From NCBI GenBank assembly GCA_051294905.1, contig CM119372.1:18044001-18108000 (forward strand): a stretch of DNA of 64,000 bases. Reading direction: 5' to 3'. Shown here in pieces: positions 1 through 15,700 of the stretch. Below the pieces are notes generated by a model, which saw only the letters and a list, made by a program, of their open reading frames with translations, was not told where the DNA came from and searched no databases. The translations under genes were made by a program, and so were the position numbers. Within the stretch, counting starts at the first letter, position 1. Every line of letters begins with the position of its first letter. This DNA is from Botryllus schlosseri. Lineage: Eukaryota.

Positions 1-725
1 GCTACCTTCTTTGACCACTGCCGATTAGATGTCTGTTTTCTATAGCGAACAGAATAAGCTCTTTACTATACACTGTATAATATATTTATTGGCCACGTCT
101 ATGAAGATAAAAGCATTAGACATCTGCCGTCGATAAGATATTGCTATTAAATTGCGTTGGATGGTGCTTTGAATTGTAATTTGAAAATATTGTGCTAATG
201 GGGGCAGATGCCATTTTCAGGTTTGATATCTGAAAGAGTATAGGTCTAGTCATATCATTACGGCTTAGATTTGGAAGGAGAGATGAGAATCCATTTTACA
301 TCAGACTACAGAAGGGGGCTGACTAAAGCATATTATTCACCAAATAAACGCTATATCATCACTATGTTAAAGACAATGCAGCAACGCAAATTTGGAAGAT
401 ACACGGAATCTCATAGCAGTGATCTCTGATTCCAATAATATTTGCCTTTGTGACTGAACAATGGCAGTAACGTTTTTACAGCTTAATCGAGTGCAAACAA
501 GTACTGCTTTTTAAATGACAGGCAACAATAAAATGTAACGGAGTAAATGAGGTACTTTGTGGCCATTTATGACATAAGGCGTAATACGAAACCACTGACA
601 TTGTGGATCTGAAAATAATCAGGTGTTCTCCTTCGAACGGTGACACAATGGATGTTAAATATAATCTTAGTTTACATACAACCAAAGTCTGTGACACGAA
701 TAGTGACACAGGAACTGATACTCAC

Positions 726-3700
726 GTCTCTTTGAAGATTGGATTTAGATCGTTTTTCACCACTTTGGTCTTCTTCTTCTGGGTGCTCCTATGACGGCGA
801 TGAAGATAGATTCTGACGTAGGGATCGGAAGTATTATTGTCATCGTCACAGACAATTAGATTCCTGCGGAAAGGAAGGAAGCATTAGCAATTTGCATGAC
901 AATAGGAGTACTGAAGAATGGACCACCACTTGAGATACGGAGACCAAGAATCATGATTGTTGTAAATGGAAATTGATGTCAATGATTCTCCTGCTAACTA
1001 GCAATATATCAGTAACTGCATTACACTCGATTCTATGGGCAATGACATGTCAAAGAAGCATAATTATTAAATTCAGCATAACCGATTAATAATTTTAGTT
1101 CTTTAACTAAGCGATCAAATTTTTTCTACGATTAATAATATTGTAAGTGAAATACGTAAATTTTAAATTTGTGATAATTTGTTTTACAGAACCAACTCAT
1201 GCCCGACTTGGTTCGCACATTTTTTTTTCAGGTTGACAGACATTTGGAGTCGCAAATGATTCAGAAAACAATTTCAAAATCCATGTTTACCACCTGCTAG
1301 TCAGGAAGTCACCCATGGTATTTTAAAACGTTGAACTTACTAATATATACATCAATTATGAATTGATTTAATAGTATTAGTTCAAAACGTCACAAGATCG
1401 CAGCGCAACGAAATAGTAGGGAGGACTTGGCAAGGTAGCCGGAGGAACACGGAAAAAGTTGATTAAGCAATGTGTTTTCTTCCTATTTTTGGTAATGATG
1501 TTATACTTAAACGAGGGTGCATACGTTGCACAGACAGTACACTTGTACTGGTATAATGCAGAAGTGAAGAAGTTGATTAATTGAGCAAGACATCGGCTGC
1601 AGTTGAAAAGATACACAAATCCACAGATTCCCCTATCTTTTATATTATTAACGCAAAATTTTGTGAGAATAGAGTCCCTGTTTACCAGCTTCATAACCTA
1701 TACAAACGACACACCACATATCCAAACAAACAATTAAAAATCACTTATTACCATTGCCAAGGTAGGTGGAATCATGGGTATGAGGAAATATGTAATCAAA
1801 TCCCTAGCCAACAAAACGAGGCAGATGTGGAAATGACATGATCAGCGATTTAACCACGAGCCACAATGGACCCACATGCTAATACTTGCAAATTGCAGCA
1901 TATTGATATTGATTTTGAGATTAGGAGGCAGAAATTTGGGAACGGATATGAAGAATGGACGTGGAGTGAATTATAATATTATTGCCCTGTCACGCAAAAG
2001 CTTTTTTGGCAAATGACGGGCCATGACGTTGGCGCATCTACCCTTTACAGCTCAGTTTCTTAGACATGAAACTTCTACATAGAGTAAAAATCTTGCTTTA
2101 TTGACCTAGAAAATACACCAATTTATTGGGCAGCTGAAGATTCACGTATCAAAAGCGGCAGGCATACCACAGTTCAGGAACCACTGGTCTAGCAGATTTA
2201 TAAATGTGAAATTAACGAGGGTTTTCCTATATCATTTCATTACAATAATAATTAACCACAATAAATTACATCAACATAAAGTGTCACAATTCTATTTCAG
2301 GTGCTAAAACAGGCACAAATACATACTCGGCTTCCCATATTTCAACGCTTAGCTTCTCATGTTTCTCAGAATACGATATCTTCAGACGCAGCCTGCCGAA
2401 CCGAGCCTCGTTAGCATTTGATGCATTCCTGAATGGATCCAAACCAAACAAATAACATATTACCTACCTACTCGCAAAACACATGCCAACTTACCTGTTT
2501 CGTGGGTCCCTCGACTCATCGAACGCAGAAAGTTCAGAAGCAGTCGAACCGGTCAAGCTGGTGTTCCGGTCTCTCCCTCTGAAGCTCGGACTGTTCGCTA
2601 CAAACAACAAGATCCTTCACACAACCACATAAAAACAGGTAATTTAGCTGGACATTGATATTTTCCAATCTTAATTCCTGATGGCATTACGGCCAGAAAG
2701 AATACGGGTACATGCAGTTTCGTTGCCGAAGCAGTGCATTTTTGCGATCTGTCGATTGCAAATCTATTTCACTATCAGTGTTCTCTGCGATCAAGGGAAA
2801 TCAACTGTCTCCGAATTAATTACAACACCGAAAGATATGAAACAGCCACCGATATGTCCCACATTTTCAAAGTTGTTCAAATTGTAATTAAAGTGATCAT
2901 GATCATGCAGTCTACAAGAACAAGTATAATATTTGAGCTTGTGTCTATTGGTTACGCAGCAATGAGAAGGCAGTTCAAATTGATCTATACAGCAGTGGAA
3001 TGTCGGCTTATGCTCAAAATGCAGACGTCAAGCTTATGGGTGAATTGCCAAATGTATGGGGCAGGATGAAAACTCATTTCAGTGAAAAATAATTCAGCTA
3101 CGACCAGCTTAATTTCAGTGACAGTGTTGATGATGGTAATCGAATGACAAATAATTAAATATCAAGTACAGTCAGTTTTATTTGAGCAACAATATCGATG
3201 ATGGTTATTAGAGTGACAAATATTTCAAGTCAGGATAGGGTTATGGTTTGGATTAGGTTAGGTGTAGGCGTTTAGACACGATAATTGAATATGCCATATG
3301 TCACTGTAAAAATCTTCATTTCTGAAACTCGAATGATTGAAACGTCACTTTTCAACGTGGCTCTAACTAAAACACTATTTTGTCAATCAAATTGGTTACT
3401 CAGGTTATTAGCACCCAACTTATGGCTACAAAAACAAAGGTGCCGACAACTGAATTCATTTTCTTTCAGTGAAATTCTTCAAAGCAGGCATCGAGCCGTG
3501 CACAATTTGGTGCAATTCATGTATCTCTCCGTTGGCGTCAAAAGTATTTTAGTCAGACCCTTTTGAAGCAACAAGTATGCTTCCAAGACTGACAGTCATA
3601 TTGAGTTTTACCTCTCCACTGCAAAAGACTTCATTTATTGCAATGATGAAAGGATTCTTCTCTTTAATATTCACAATTCCAAGACCCAGTATATGTAAAC

Positions 3701-6700
3701 TTTAAAATCATTACAGGTACATGCACTAGCCAGTTCTCAAGAAATAAGGATATTAGCCAATCACCATCTACCCAAATTGTTAGATGATAAACTGCTGGTG
3801 GATAAACTGAAGAGAGGGAAAACAGCAATACCATTAAGAGTTAAAGGTAGCCTACGCAGCAATGTTGAGATACCCATCGAAATCACCATAACAAAAGATT
3901 ACATCATGCTTTCTCTGTACGTGAGTTAAGGAAAGAAACAGGATTAGCAGCAAGGCGATTGCGAGCACTGCAGTCCACAAATTGAAAGAACGGTCTTACC
4001 TAAAAAGTGCTGTAGGGTTTTGTCGACTGTTAGTATGAAGAAGAAAAAATATATGCCGGGTGACAATGAGGACCACCAACACAGAAAAAATTCGTACGAT
4101 CCTAATTAACCAGCAAGGCAAATCATGCGAGCCTTTTTACTCAATTTTTATACTCTAGGCAAAAAGGCTGGAGTCAGGCTGAATCCTGTGTTTATATACT
4201 AAACGGCCATAAACCACAACAGGTAAGACATGGCAATAAGCGCCGTCGTAGGTAGCGCACGTCTGTGTGCACCATACATTACTGCTGCCATAAACAGAAG
4301 TCAAGACCAGACGTACTTATATTTTTTTGAAGTGCTCAAGTAGGTTTGCCTACTACCTACTATGCACCAAAGTAACTATGATTTTGGACCACTTCTACTT
4401 CTACTTGACAGTTCACAGTTTTCTATGCAAATCCAGGCCTAGAATATACACTCGGACATTGCTACTTCTACTAGTGCTTGAATACCAACCATAACTACTT
4501 CGACCACCTCTGGCCAGGACAGTTTTGGTACCTATGAAGTCAGAGCCGAATGATAATCGTGAAAAAGGGGAAAAATCAGGAAAACCCCATTATAATAAGT
4601 TGCTATATAATTTACCGACTTGGCGGAATTTGTGGTAGAAAACTCAGTTACGGAACCGTGGAAACGATCACCAGGCAAGTCAAATGTTCAATGTATCAAA
4701 GTAGTTCATATCATGCTGGTTACCGATGTTATGTTAAGCAGGATGTCCATAATTCCAATGACAAATGAGTATATTTCGCCATGTTCGCAATGTAATTGAA
4801 CTTGGCTCGATTCGTACGTGTCGCGATAATCTTAATCGTACCGAAATTGAGTTCGTCGGTGGCAGTGGAGGCGGCGTCAGAGTCATTTCGTTCCTTTCCC
4901 GGTTCGGTGGTTGGATGATTGTCAACAGAGGTGCTTTTCTCTTCCGGTATTATCGATGCTGTTCAGGCAGATAATGCCGTCATGATTTCGCTACAATATC
5001 ACATTCTACGGAAGATGCGGCTTTCAAATCAATTCGAACATCCAATACCCTTGACATTTGACATCTCTGGCATATCTGCCATTCTACTTAATTCTTGAAT
5101 ATGTGTCTATGACCTCATGATCTGACCGCGGCGTCACTTCAGGATTTAAAATATTTTTATATCTTATCACTTCTACTTGCGACCCTGCACAATGCAGTCA
5201 AACGTTCTGAGGGGACGAGGAAAAAACGAATTTTTTTACGAATAGGAAGCAGAATAGAAGTAGCTTGATCAAGTAACAATAGAACAAATCTATCGGAAAA
5301 GAAGGATTTAAAACGTAAAAACGTAACAAACTGAAGGAATTTTCTGACATCACACGCACAGAATTGCAATTGAACAAAGGATCAATCAAGCTACAGGATA
5401 CAAACAGAAACACAAAGCCTACTTGGAATCGAGCTCGTAGATGGTCGATTTCCGTCGTCACGAGCTTTACGATTAGGCTCCGCCACCGAAAATGCAGACT
5501 TTCCCAAATTCTCTCTGGGAATACGGGGATTTTTTGGGACGAGCAGCTGAAAAGTAAATTGAATCAGTTTGGATGAAGAGCATTAATATATGACCATTGG
5601 CATGTACAAATGACCAGCTTCACCGATTAAAGTACCCATATATGTATTGTAAGCTTGAAGGAGGTAACATGTAGACTGGTATTTGAGTGAAATCAGTCTA
5701 AATCAGTCTAGTTTAGCAGTACAAAACATTGGAACGGTCTGCGTGAAGGTTTTTCATAATATTTTGATTATACTGTCAAATTCTGAATCCCGTAGTACTA
5801 CCAAAACTACGAGTTTCGCTAAAATCTTAGAAATCCAGCTCCAGCCATACTATCAAAACTACGGCTAGAATCTTAAAATTTGACTCTGATATTACTACCA
5901 AAACTATGATTTGTGGATTTGCGAATCCGGGTAAAATCTTTAAAATCTGGCTCCGGCTGTACTACCAAAACTACGACTCAGACTCCAATCCATGTTCAGC
6001 AAAAGATCTACAAAATCCAGCTCCAAATTCATGCTCTGCAGCATCAGCTGCATGATGGCAAACACAACTCACCCTGAGACACGCTCGTAAATGAAGCTTG
6101 GAATGCGGTCCAGAGTCTTTGAGGCTGAACGACTGCTCCATCGTCATGTCCGGCGCTCGCAACACGTCCTTCAATTTAACTTCCAGCTTACCAAGCACGT
6201 CGTCATCGTTACCGCCGTCGGTAACCTAAACAGCACCGCCCGTAAGATAGCGTCACGGAACGTAAAATTTGGTCAAGATACAGTAAACCATGCAACCGCT
6301 ATCCACACCGAATGCATTTCTACATCTAAAAAATCGGATGCAATATTGTCAATTATATTGCGGTTGACCTATGCAGACTTTGGGCGAGATCGATAAGCAT
6401 CGGTTGTCTCCGATTGGGAATCGATTGTGTACGAACTAATCGAATCTATCATAATATTGAAAATACCAATTTGAAAAACGGTAACCTAGCTAAATCTTGA
6501 TTGGATATGTTGGTGCCAGGCTGGCGTGCAGCCACCCGAGGTTAAGGGGAAAAAAGGAGGAGGGACAATTTGAAAACAAACATTGTTCTCAATTCTAACA
6601 GGTTAATCGGGTTAAATCTATGTACAAATGCCAATTCAACAAGGATCATAATCTTGCTCGTGTTGACGTCTTTATAAGCATGACCATATGCCAGTCAGAG

Positions 6701-9700
6701 TATATTATAATATAGATTTAGATAGATTTTACTCAATTCAGTACTGATATGTGAATAATAACTTACTCACAAAGCAGGGAAAGAGAATCACCAGCAAACT
6801 TTGGTGCACTATTAGTGAATGTGGGGGCATAATCTAGTATGACAATGGTGAGATCGTTAAGACAGTGTGCGAATGCATTCAGAATAAGGGATAAGCAGAT
6901 TACCCTCTCCAAAAGAACAATAAGAGATTTTAAGAGGAGGTAGAGTCAAGCTTCCTATTCTACCCCCTGTCTACACCACTGATGCCTATGATTGAAAGGA
7001 CTGAGTGCTTACAGAGAACGACCAGTGAGATAGCAATGTGAACACTACTGATCTATGTGTCAGTGTGACTTCCTGGTAAAGTGTTCCAGCAATTCAACTC
7101 TACAACCAGGAAATACAATCGCCAGGGTTTCACTAATTTCCGCATGTAGTGAGGTATGAGGATGAGGCGCTATTTTTTCTCTCATAAAAGCTACAACTTG
7201 CTTAGCTTTCCGGCATTACTCTTACCACCACCAAATCAATACCAAATATTTCAAAGTCTGGAACATATTACCCCCATGAGCAAATTAGAGAATGTAGCGG
7301 TGGTGGTAAACACATATTCTATGGATTAACTGTGTACCATAGAGGTTCGATCAAATCAAAATTTAAAAAAAGCAATATAAAATGTAGTGACAATTAATGC
7401 ATTGTGCATACGCTTTACTGCCTGAACAACCGAACACAAAACATGACGAATCTTGTACGTCAACGACTGCACACAAATTAGGTGGCGAATTCCGATTATC
7501 GCAACATACAAATAATTCTAAAAAAGGCATCAGACTTTTCATGCCTTCGATTCTAACACACAGTCACAATACAGGATAAAATCCGGTGATTAATTACTTC
7601 GGCACACAAATAATCTAGAATTTCAAGCCGTAGTCTGACATTTTAAACCAAAGCAATGTGCGTTCTACAAAATTGAATCGAACGATTCGGGCTGAAGATA
7701 GGACTTCCTTTGGCGTGTGTTTGAATTGGAGAAGGTATCATTTCCCAGTGCATAGCATGAAGTAAGATTCACATTTAATAATCGGTTCAAAAGACGCGGC
7801 TCTTCAGCATCTGTATGACTCTTTCGATGTTTATGTGGTAGGACTTTAGTATCAAATATTGGCAGAAAAAATGGTCTGGAATTGTTACAAATTGTATGAG
7901 TGTTATATCGACAGACCATTAGACAATAAAATTCACAGTAATTTAAAATACGATGGATTCCATCAATTTGGTAAAAAAATCAGACAAATGGCAGCCTTGA
8001 TCCACAGTACTCTTCAGGGACGGAATATCCACGTCAAAATGTTCACAACTGGCATAAGTGCAGTATTTAAGGGAGAATTCATTATGTATGTGTGTGCATT
8101 GTAACAGTTGTGGTGAGCAGCTTGGAAGATTTAGTGTGCCTAATATATAATTACAATCGACAGGGCAGTCAATGGGATTCCTGCATTCAGCCCAAAACCG
8201 AATAGAAAGTTCAAGGTAAGCCACAGAACGTACACAAAACTAAAGATGCAGAGAGCGGCTTCGAGCTATGATTACAATCGACCGAAGACTTTGCACACGT
8301 TCCCAACCCGATACTCACGACACGGCGTCTTTGTCGGACGGAAATGTTGCTTTTAACTCGGCCAAAAATATTGCCAAGCGATAAATTGCTGTTGTAATTC
8401 TTGACCTAACGGTTGAAATTCAAATTTCAAAAACCAAAACTTGCCGCGACACATTCGAATTATGTGTTAGTCACCGTCAAACTAAATCTTTAATATTGAA
8501 TATGACAATACAATGTTCTTTCCAACTCTCCACTAGTTGCTGACGATTACCCCTGACGAGAGTCAGCCTAAAATATTCGGGTTCATATCAATATGAATAT
8601 ACCATTCAATTGCATGTTGACTCATCAAATATGTCAAATATGTAATATTTTTACCAAGAATCTAGACATAAATGATGCTGACGCTTAACCCGTATGATAG
8701 TGAAGACAAATGACTCGTCACAATCACATGGTAAATGATTCAGATGTGAAACAAAACTACATATATATCCTGTAGCTCAGATGTGAATATCTTTCGACCT
8801 CGAGATCAATCTGATAATCGATAAACACCAATGGCGCACTACCCCATCACCTGCCGAACCAGCTCTGACAAATAAGATGTCAGCAAACACCGGTTCTTCG
8901 AAGGGCGGTGGGCGTGTTCATGATGTGCAAGCCTAGAATGTTCTGTAACAAATTTAGCTTCAAATGATTAAGAAACCAATCGTTGGTACGACAAGGGACC
9001 ATTGACTACTGAAAAATATCTGGGCAAAAATCATAGAATGGATTGGTGGCGTTACAAGACGCGGTGCTTTTGGTAAGACTGGTGACGGTCTGGACTTTTT
9101 GCCTCGGGTTTGGGCAGCAACCAAAATTTTCAGCATGACGACTTAAACTTACCTGAAGAGAAACAGTCTCCTTTTGCAGATAAGACACCAAGGTTTGAAA
9201 GTTTTCTTCCCAGACAGGATTCGCGGATTCCTCCACAACCTACATTGAACAAAAATACAGGCTTATTGTTGGAAGTCTTCCCGAACAATAAGTAAACAAT
9301 GGACAGAGCAGTTTCAGTGCCAAAAGCTTTCGATAACACCAAACTGTAAGATAACGACGATTTGCGCAATTTTAATCAAAACCAAATCAACAGAACAAAA
9401 GGATTACTACACCGTTGCACAAGTTTGTCAATTCACCGACGTAAAATCAGACGCACAAAACTACATTTATTACATTCGAGGAGACGCGGGCAACCTTCAT
9501 TGCAATCACAAAGAGAAATAACCTGTTGTACTAAGAACAATCCACTATTCAACCAACAATAACTATCCGTAAAATAACTATTAACGGAAGCACAAAACGA
9601 TAACATACCTTCGTTTTGAATGGGGTGTCTTGGAAATTAAATTTGACTTTCACTGCGGGACTTGGCTCGTATTTTGCGTCGAGCCCATCCTGAACGAGAA

Positions 9701-12700
9701 ATTGTTTAGTACTGATGCAATGGCTCACAGAAGACATTATTCGAAGGTCATAAACCTTCTTCAACCAAACGGGCTAATACTAGCCAGATTTGTGATGACT
9801 TAAATATTTCAATCAACTTGAAGCCAATGTGACACTTTTGACAAATAGTTGTTATTATCGCGGAACTCGGCCGTTATATTGGTTCAAAAACAAGAGGGTT
9901 TCATTGGTTAGAGGTCATGATATGACTCAAAATACATCAATAAAGTAGAAATATTTGTGATAATGCAGAGAACTGAGTAAGAGTGGACGTATTGGTGACT
10001 AGCGTAATTCAGCAATTCGAATATTGAACGTGTAACCGTCTTTATTGCCGCATTTGCGTGGATTTGGTGAAAATCCCGTGCCTTCTTGATACCGATGACA
10101 AATATTGACTTTATTGGCCTAAATGAGAACCGATAATATCACTCTTTTCGAGATTGTCTGAAAATTATGATATAGGCAGGTGTCTAGTTATTATGCTACT
10201 GCTACTGAGATAGACCGAGAGGATGAAGAATTTGAATACCCCTGAAACATATAAATACACCAAAAGGTATATGTGAATCTAACGTTCAGTTTCTTCAATC
10301 TTTCCTAAAGTGATAAGACTGGAAGAATGACAAAGCAAATGAACTGAAAGCGAAAAAAAAACTGCACAAGAATAAACAGAACAACACAAGTGGAGAACAA
10401 AAAGTGACCCGACGCACAGTAAAAGTAAATATCTTTCCAGAGTGGATATCAGTTCGGTGATGCAACTATGCATGCAAAATGAATAGAGTGCACATGACGG
10501 AACAAACCCTCCACTGCATGTAGCAACCAAGCACAACAATTTCGTGTGTGAAGTCATTGCCAATAAATCCACTGCCAATTTGATATCCGTATGATGGGGG
10601 ACAGTGGCACAGTTCAAAAAGGGGAATTCATCTGTTTATAGGACTTAATGCCCAAACTAATGCTAATAAGATTGCAAGTGTCGATACGGACAATCAAATT
10701 ATTCAATTAGGATGGATGACAAGGAGCTTGGCAGTGTATCGTAAGAGTTGTGAACTACAATTCAAGCTTTAGCTTGATAATTATTTTGTTATTTTGCCAT
10801 GTAAAAGTATCCCACATTACAAAATATTACTGGATGGTCACGTTGAATACATTGCAAATTGTTTCAGTAGAGACTATGAGCTGTGATATTTGACCCGGTC
10901 GTTTCAACATACGTTTCAATAATTAAGAGTGAGATAACGCACCACGGGAAGCGTGAGGAAATAAAGCATGCAAATGATAGCCGGCGCTTCCTCATTAAAA
11001 ACGACACATCGATTGGGTACAGATGCCGCTAAAACAATTTCCCCAGCTGACTAACAATGTGCGAGGTAGCCAATGCTATAGAAACACCAACGCAAGTCCA
11101 CCATGCTTTCCCCATCGTACAATGCAGCAGTCGATATCCTCTGGATATAAACTTCTCAAGGCATAAGAAAGACAGCACGAATGACATGCACGCGACCAGT
11201 ACGATGAATCTATTTAGTTACAGACCCCGTTGAGCTTTCATAAGCCATAACGTAATAATGTCATAACGCAAAACGACATAAGCCAGAAGGCGAACAGAGT
11301 GCCTTAAGTGCTACAAAACAAATAGTCCCCATACAAGAAGAGTTATCTACACGCGACAAAGAACATGCGCGCCATGTCACCACGAATGTGCTTCAAAGAT
11401 GGCAGTGTTAGTGGATATCTCACCTGCTCGGAAATGGGACTCGTCAAAGTCATGGCTTTCGAAAACTGCAAACACCCCATCAATTTGCGGTTACATATTG
11501 TGACATGAGTAATCACGGTTACAGGATGCCATACACTACCATAGTACTTTCAAAAATAATGTGGAATCACGATTCAATCACCATTTCAGGTCGATATGGA
11601 TGACAAAATCAACCCATAGTACAGTGATGCAAATCAGGAAACATTAAAAGACAATTGCATCACGTACAAATGCAACAAAATTTTGTGTGCTGTATAATCT
11701 CATGTACATATGTTGACGCGTTTTGGGACATTGTGCATTATTATCAACTAGTCACTCTAGAAATAATTTATGGATGGATATGGTAGTGCTGTGCTATATG
11801 CATTGATGAATACAGTGGTAAAATCACACTGACACATTTCAAACTGATACGAGAAAGCTCGCACCAATCATGGATATTTGTAACCTGATAACCATTATGA
11901 TCATGCATCGCTCCGAACGCACACAAAAAACCGCGCAAGGAAATATGCATTGGATGATTCTTGGAGATTTGTCGTAGACCGTATCCTAACCGGCACGGTA
12001 GACAAAGTCCAAAAAGAAATACCGGCCCGTTCCAAAAACGTATCAAATTCCGTCGCAATTACTGCTGGATACTTTGAGGAGACCTACGTCATGTCATTGC
12101 ATACTCACCGGCAAATGTTTTGCGCTGTCGATGTAGAGATTTAAAAATGCCGCATCTAGATCGTATTTGCCTGCTTCCTCCATTGCCTGAACATAAACCG
12201 AGTGTAATATAAAGTCAGATCCAGCTCTATGATTATGGAACGGATTGATTTTGATATTAAATTGTAGAAGACTGACAAATTGGTGTAAATATCGCTGCAT
12301 AACAGTTGGTTATTTAGGCCTGCTTCACACCAAAGTTAGCCGGAAAAACACAAGCAGTGCAATATTATAAACCAGGGGTTTACAACCTTTTCCGCACATG
12401 GCCCGTTAGTTTAGTAAAATGGCATTAGTATCATTGACGTTCAATGAAATACGCCAAGTTTCTACAACACAATACATTAATTCCTTGTAAGTTCACTCAA
12501 ATTTAATGAGAAGGATTTTGCTGTATTTTGTCTGCAACAAATTGTATTCTAGGTGCAGTCGATGAGAGCGAGGGATGTAAATGCTTACTCACACAACTAT
12601 ATTGTGACGAAAGGGAGTGGTTTGATATGACAATTTTTGAAGATTTGTTGATACTACTTGGACCGTTATGTGTCTGTATAAAACATGATTTCTGATAACA

Positions 12701-15700
12701 CCATCACGGTCCGCTACTGGACCATGAACACTACGTTGAAAAATGAAAACCCATGGTATAAGTGGAGGGCCGAAAACAATCGGAATTTGCAACATCATTT
12801 TAATCCATTATATCACAATGCCCTGGTAGAGATCCATTGTCTCAAATACCCCATTTTGTCCCATTCATTCGCTTTTTTTTCCAGGCCCCGCTCCCAGACA
12901 TGACCCACCACGCGAGCCATAATATCACTTACTTGTACAGACAGGGATGGGTCGGCAGACAGCTCCATCCATTCCATCTTGATGTGAACTTCACCTTTGG
13001 CGACTTCAGACAAGGGAATCCACTGCCAAAGAAATTACAAAACTTTTCAAAAGAGAGGTACAGCGAATTTGCATTCTCATACCTCGTCCACGACTCCGTT
13101 ATTGTAAATTGTTGCCATCGGTATCGACGCACTGCAATACGATAGGAATAAATCTTGTCACCGACGGGTTAAAACTGACGTGACGACATCACTTCTACTT
13201 CTACTTGAGTAGCAGCGATGACTATCTCTTGTAATACCAGTAGGGTGAGGTGGATGCTCGATCGATAGACTGTAATTGGTCGTTTTTACAACTTCCCATC
13301 TGCTCATCAGATCAAATTGTGTCTTGGGTCTCGCATTGTACGTTGCGCGTCGTGAACGGATGAAAATAGTAGAACTACACTAATTGAACATAACAAATTG
13401 ATAAGAAACAACACTTTCAGATTCAGATGTAAGCAGAGGGGTTCAAAGCAGACGCCGTTGGTATTGATAGAACCAGAAGTAGCGATTTGAAAGTAAACAA
13501 GTATTCCTGGTCTAGTTTTGCCTATAAAACTAAAAAGTGTTATGCAGAAGTAGAAGCGGTATAAAATCATAAGCACTTGCGTAAGTGGTGCAAGTAAGCC
13601 AAATCTACTTCAGTACTTCGAAAAAGACAAAGCACTTTGTTACTGACCACCTTCGGCATTAAGAATATCAAATCGGCAAACGTCAGCCGTGGCCGAAAAG
13701 AAGCCAATAGGAAATCTTACGATCCCAAAAAGTCGGCCTCGTTCAAAGCTCCGTCGTCGTCGTACAGCGTCACTTCCACCTTCGAAGTGCGCAGTTCCGA
13801 TACCGGACATTGAAAGCGTTCGTTCCACACAGGGTTGAGATTCTTATGGACGATTCCCGTCTGGAAATACTTGTCCCTGCCGACTGCGCAGTCAAAAAAG
13901 GTTGCCACTGAATTAGGCGTGTTGATTTTGTCATGAGAACTATTATCATAATGAAAGCTATGCATCAATGTTGTATTCCAGCACTTATGCGCATTGCGTA
14001 AAGCCTTGAAATATTAGCAAGCAGGCCTCCAACTGCCAATAGTACCAGGAATAGATAGAATAGTTCGTAGGGACATTCACACAGCTCAATTCTTAAGCTT
14101 CATCTGATAGGCTACCCTAAGCCCATGTTACACGGTTAAGTGAACGCGGTCTATTGGTGTGTGAAACGAATATACTTGTACAGCGGAAAGCCCGCTTTCA
14201 CAACACCATATCAAAGACTTGGTAAGCGCTATGCTAACGGCAGCACAATCCACAGATGTGCGTGTTAAAAATTAGTCCAGCGTGCTATATTGCGTATCTC
14301 AAGGGTCGGAAAGGAGATAAAACAGGCCTCACCTTTCACGACGACATAAGGGTCACTGCCGCCACCGAAACCCAGTATCTTTTTGTCTTTTTCCAGAAGG
14401 TTTCTCGCCTCTAGCACGTGCACCCGTAGTACTCCCTAAAATCAGAGAGTTGTCCATGAAACGGATCAAAATAAGGCAAACTCGTAATTTAGGAAACACA
14501 ACCTTTCAGTATTCTCTCCCAAAAGTGACTCCTATACCATTGCCTTTCAGCATTTTCCTCAAGAAGTGCCTCATACGGTCCTCATAAATCAATCCCACAA
14601 TGCTAAACACCATCTCCAATGGAACAACTATGGTACCAGTAATTATGACGTCATTGGACAGGCCTATAGCGGGGTTGCCGTCGACATGGATGAACAAATA
14701 AACAGTGAAAAGGTTCATCACTTTTGCCCAGGTCCAATCATGGCTTCATTACTGAATATAAGGGCAAACTTGTCACAAATAACTACAATGTAGTTTTATA
14801 AGACACCACCCCTCAAATGAAGGACCAATCTGAGAAATAAAGATGATATGGCAACACTACCTATAACCGACCGACTATAATTTACTATGGTCAACCGATA
14901 CTTCTACAGAGACATATATTGATATTTCTACAGAGACAGATGCCAGCCGGGCACTATTCCGAACTCTAATCTCACCTCCGGCATCGGAAACCGGATTCGG
15001 CTCACGTCGACGTCATCTGCCAGTTTCAAGACGTATCTCTCCGGCAGAACCATCATGGAGGACACGACGTCCGCGATGGTGGAATGGAGGACGGAATCCA
15101 AACCGGGAATGTCGAAAAAATTTCCAAGATCTGTCAGATCGAAGTCGATCGACTGGAATGCAATAATGATCTAAGTTCGACGGGAGTATTGTCGCTCGGA
15201 CATCAAGAGTAGATTTGGAAGACGGTGGAATTTAAAATTATTATCAAAGACAGAAAATGTAGGCCTACAGCAGAAAAGAGTCAATCATATGATTTCTTAA
15301 TTTCATACTATTTCCAGTGAATTCGCACCTGGTGGTGATGGGCTGGTGGCCCCAAATCTTCCTCCTAACCTACCCATATCCTAACCTGGATAGATTAATA
15401 CAGTGGTCCACAACATATTGCTATATTGTCCCGCAGGAGGCGAACGAAGGGGCGAAAATGTTAGAACGTTCAAGCACATGTATTTATTTAATCAACCGGC
15501 AAATGGACACCGGCGCAAAATGCACATGAAGAACGGGTTATTTAGGAACTACGGCGAAAGTTGACTAAAAAATGAAAAGTCACCCTCGAACAGACTGTCC
15601 TCAGATACCCATATTTTCAGGGATCGCCACGGAAGTTGATCTTTTTCTAATCAATTTACCAGCGATCAGAGTTAGCTTAATAAATTTCCCGTTTATATGT

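Noticed and set aside
1..720. Final ESYT C2C exons
   Set aside because: No convincing in-phase exon found; they probably lie beyond the window edge.
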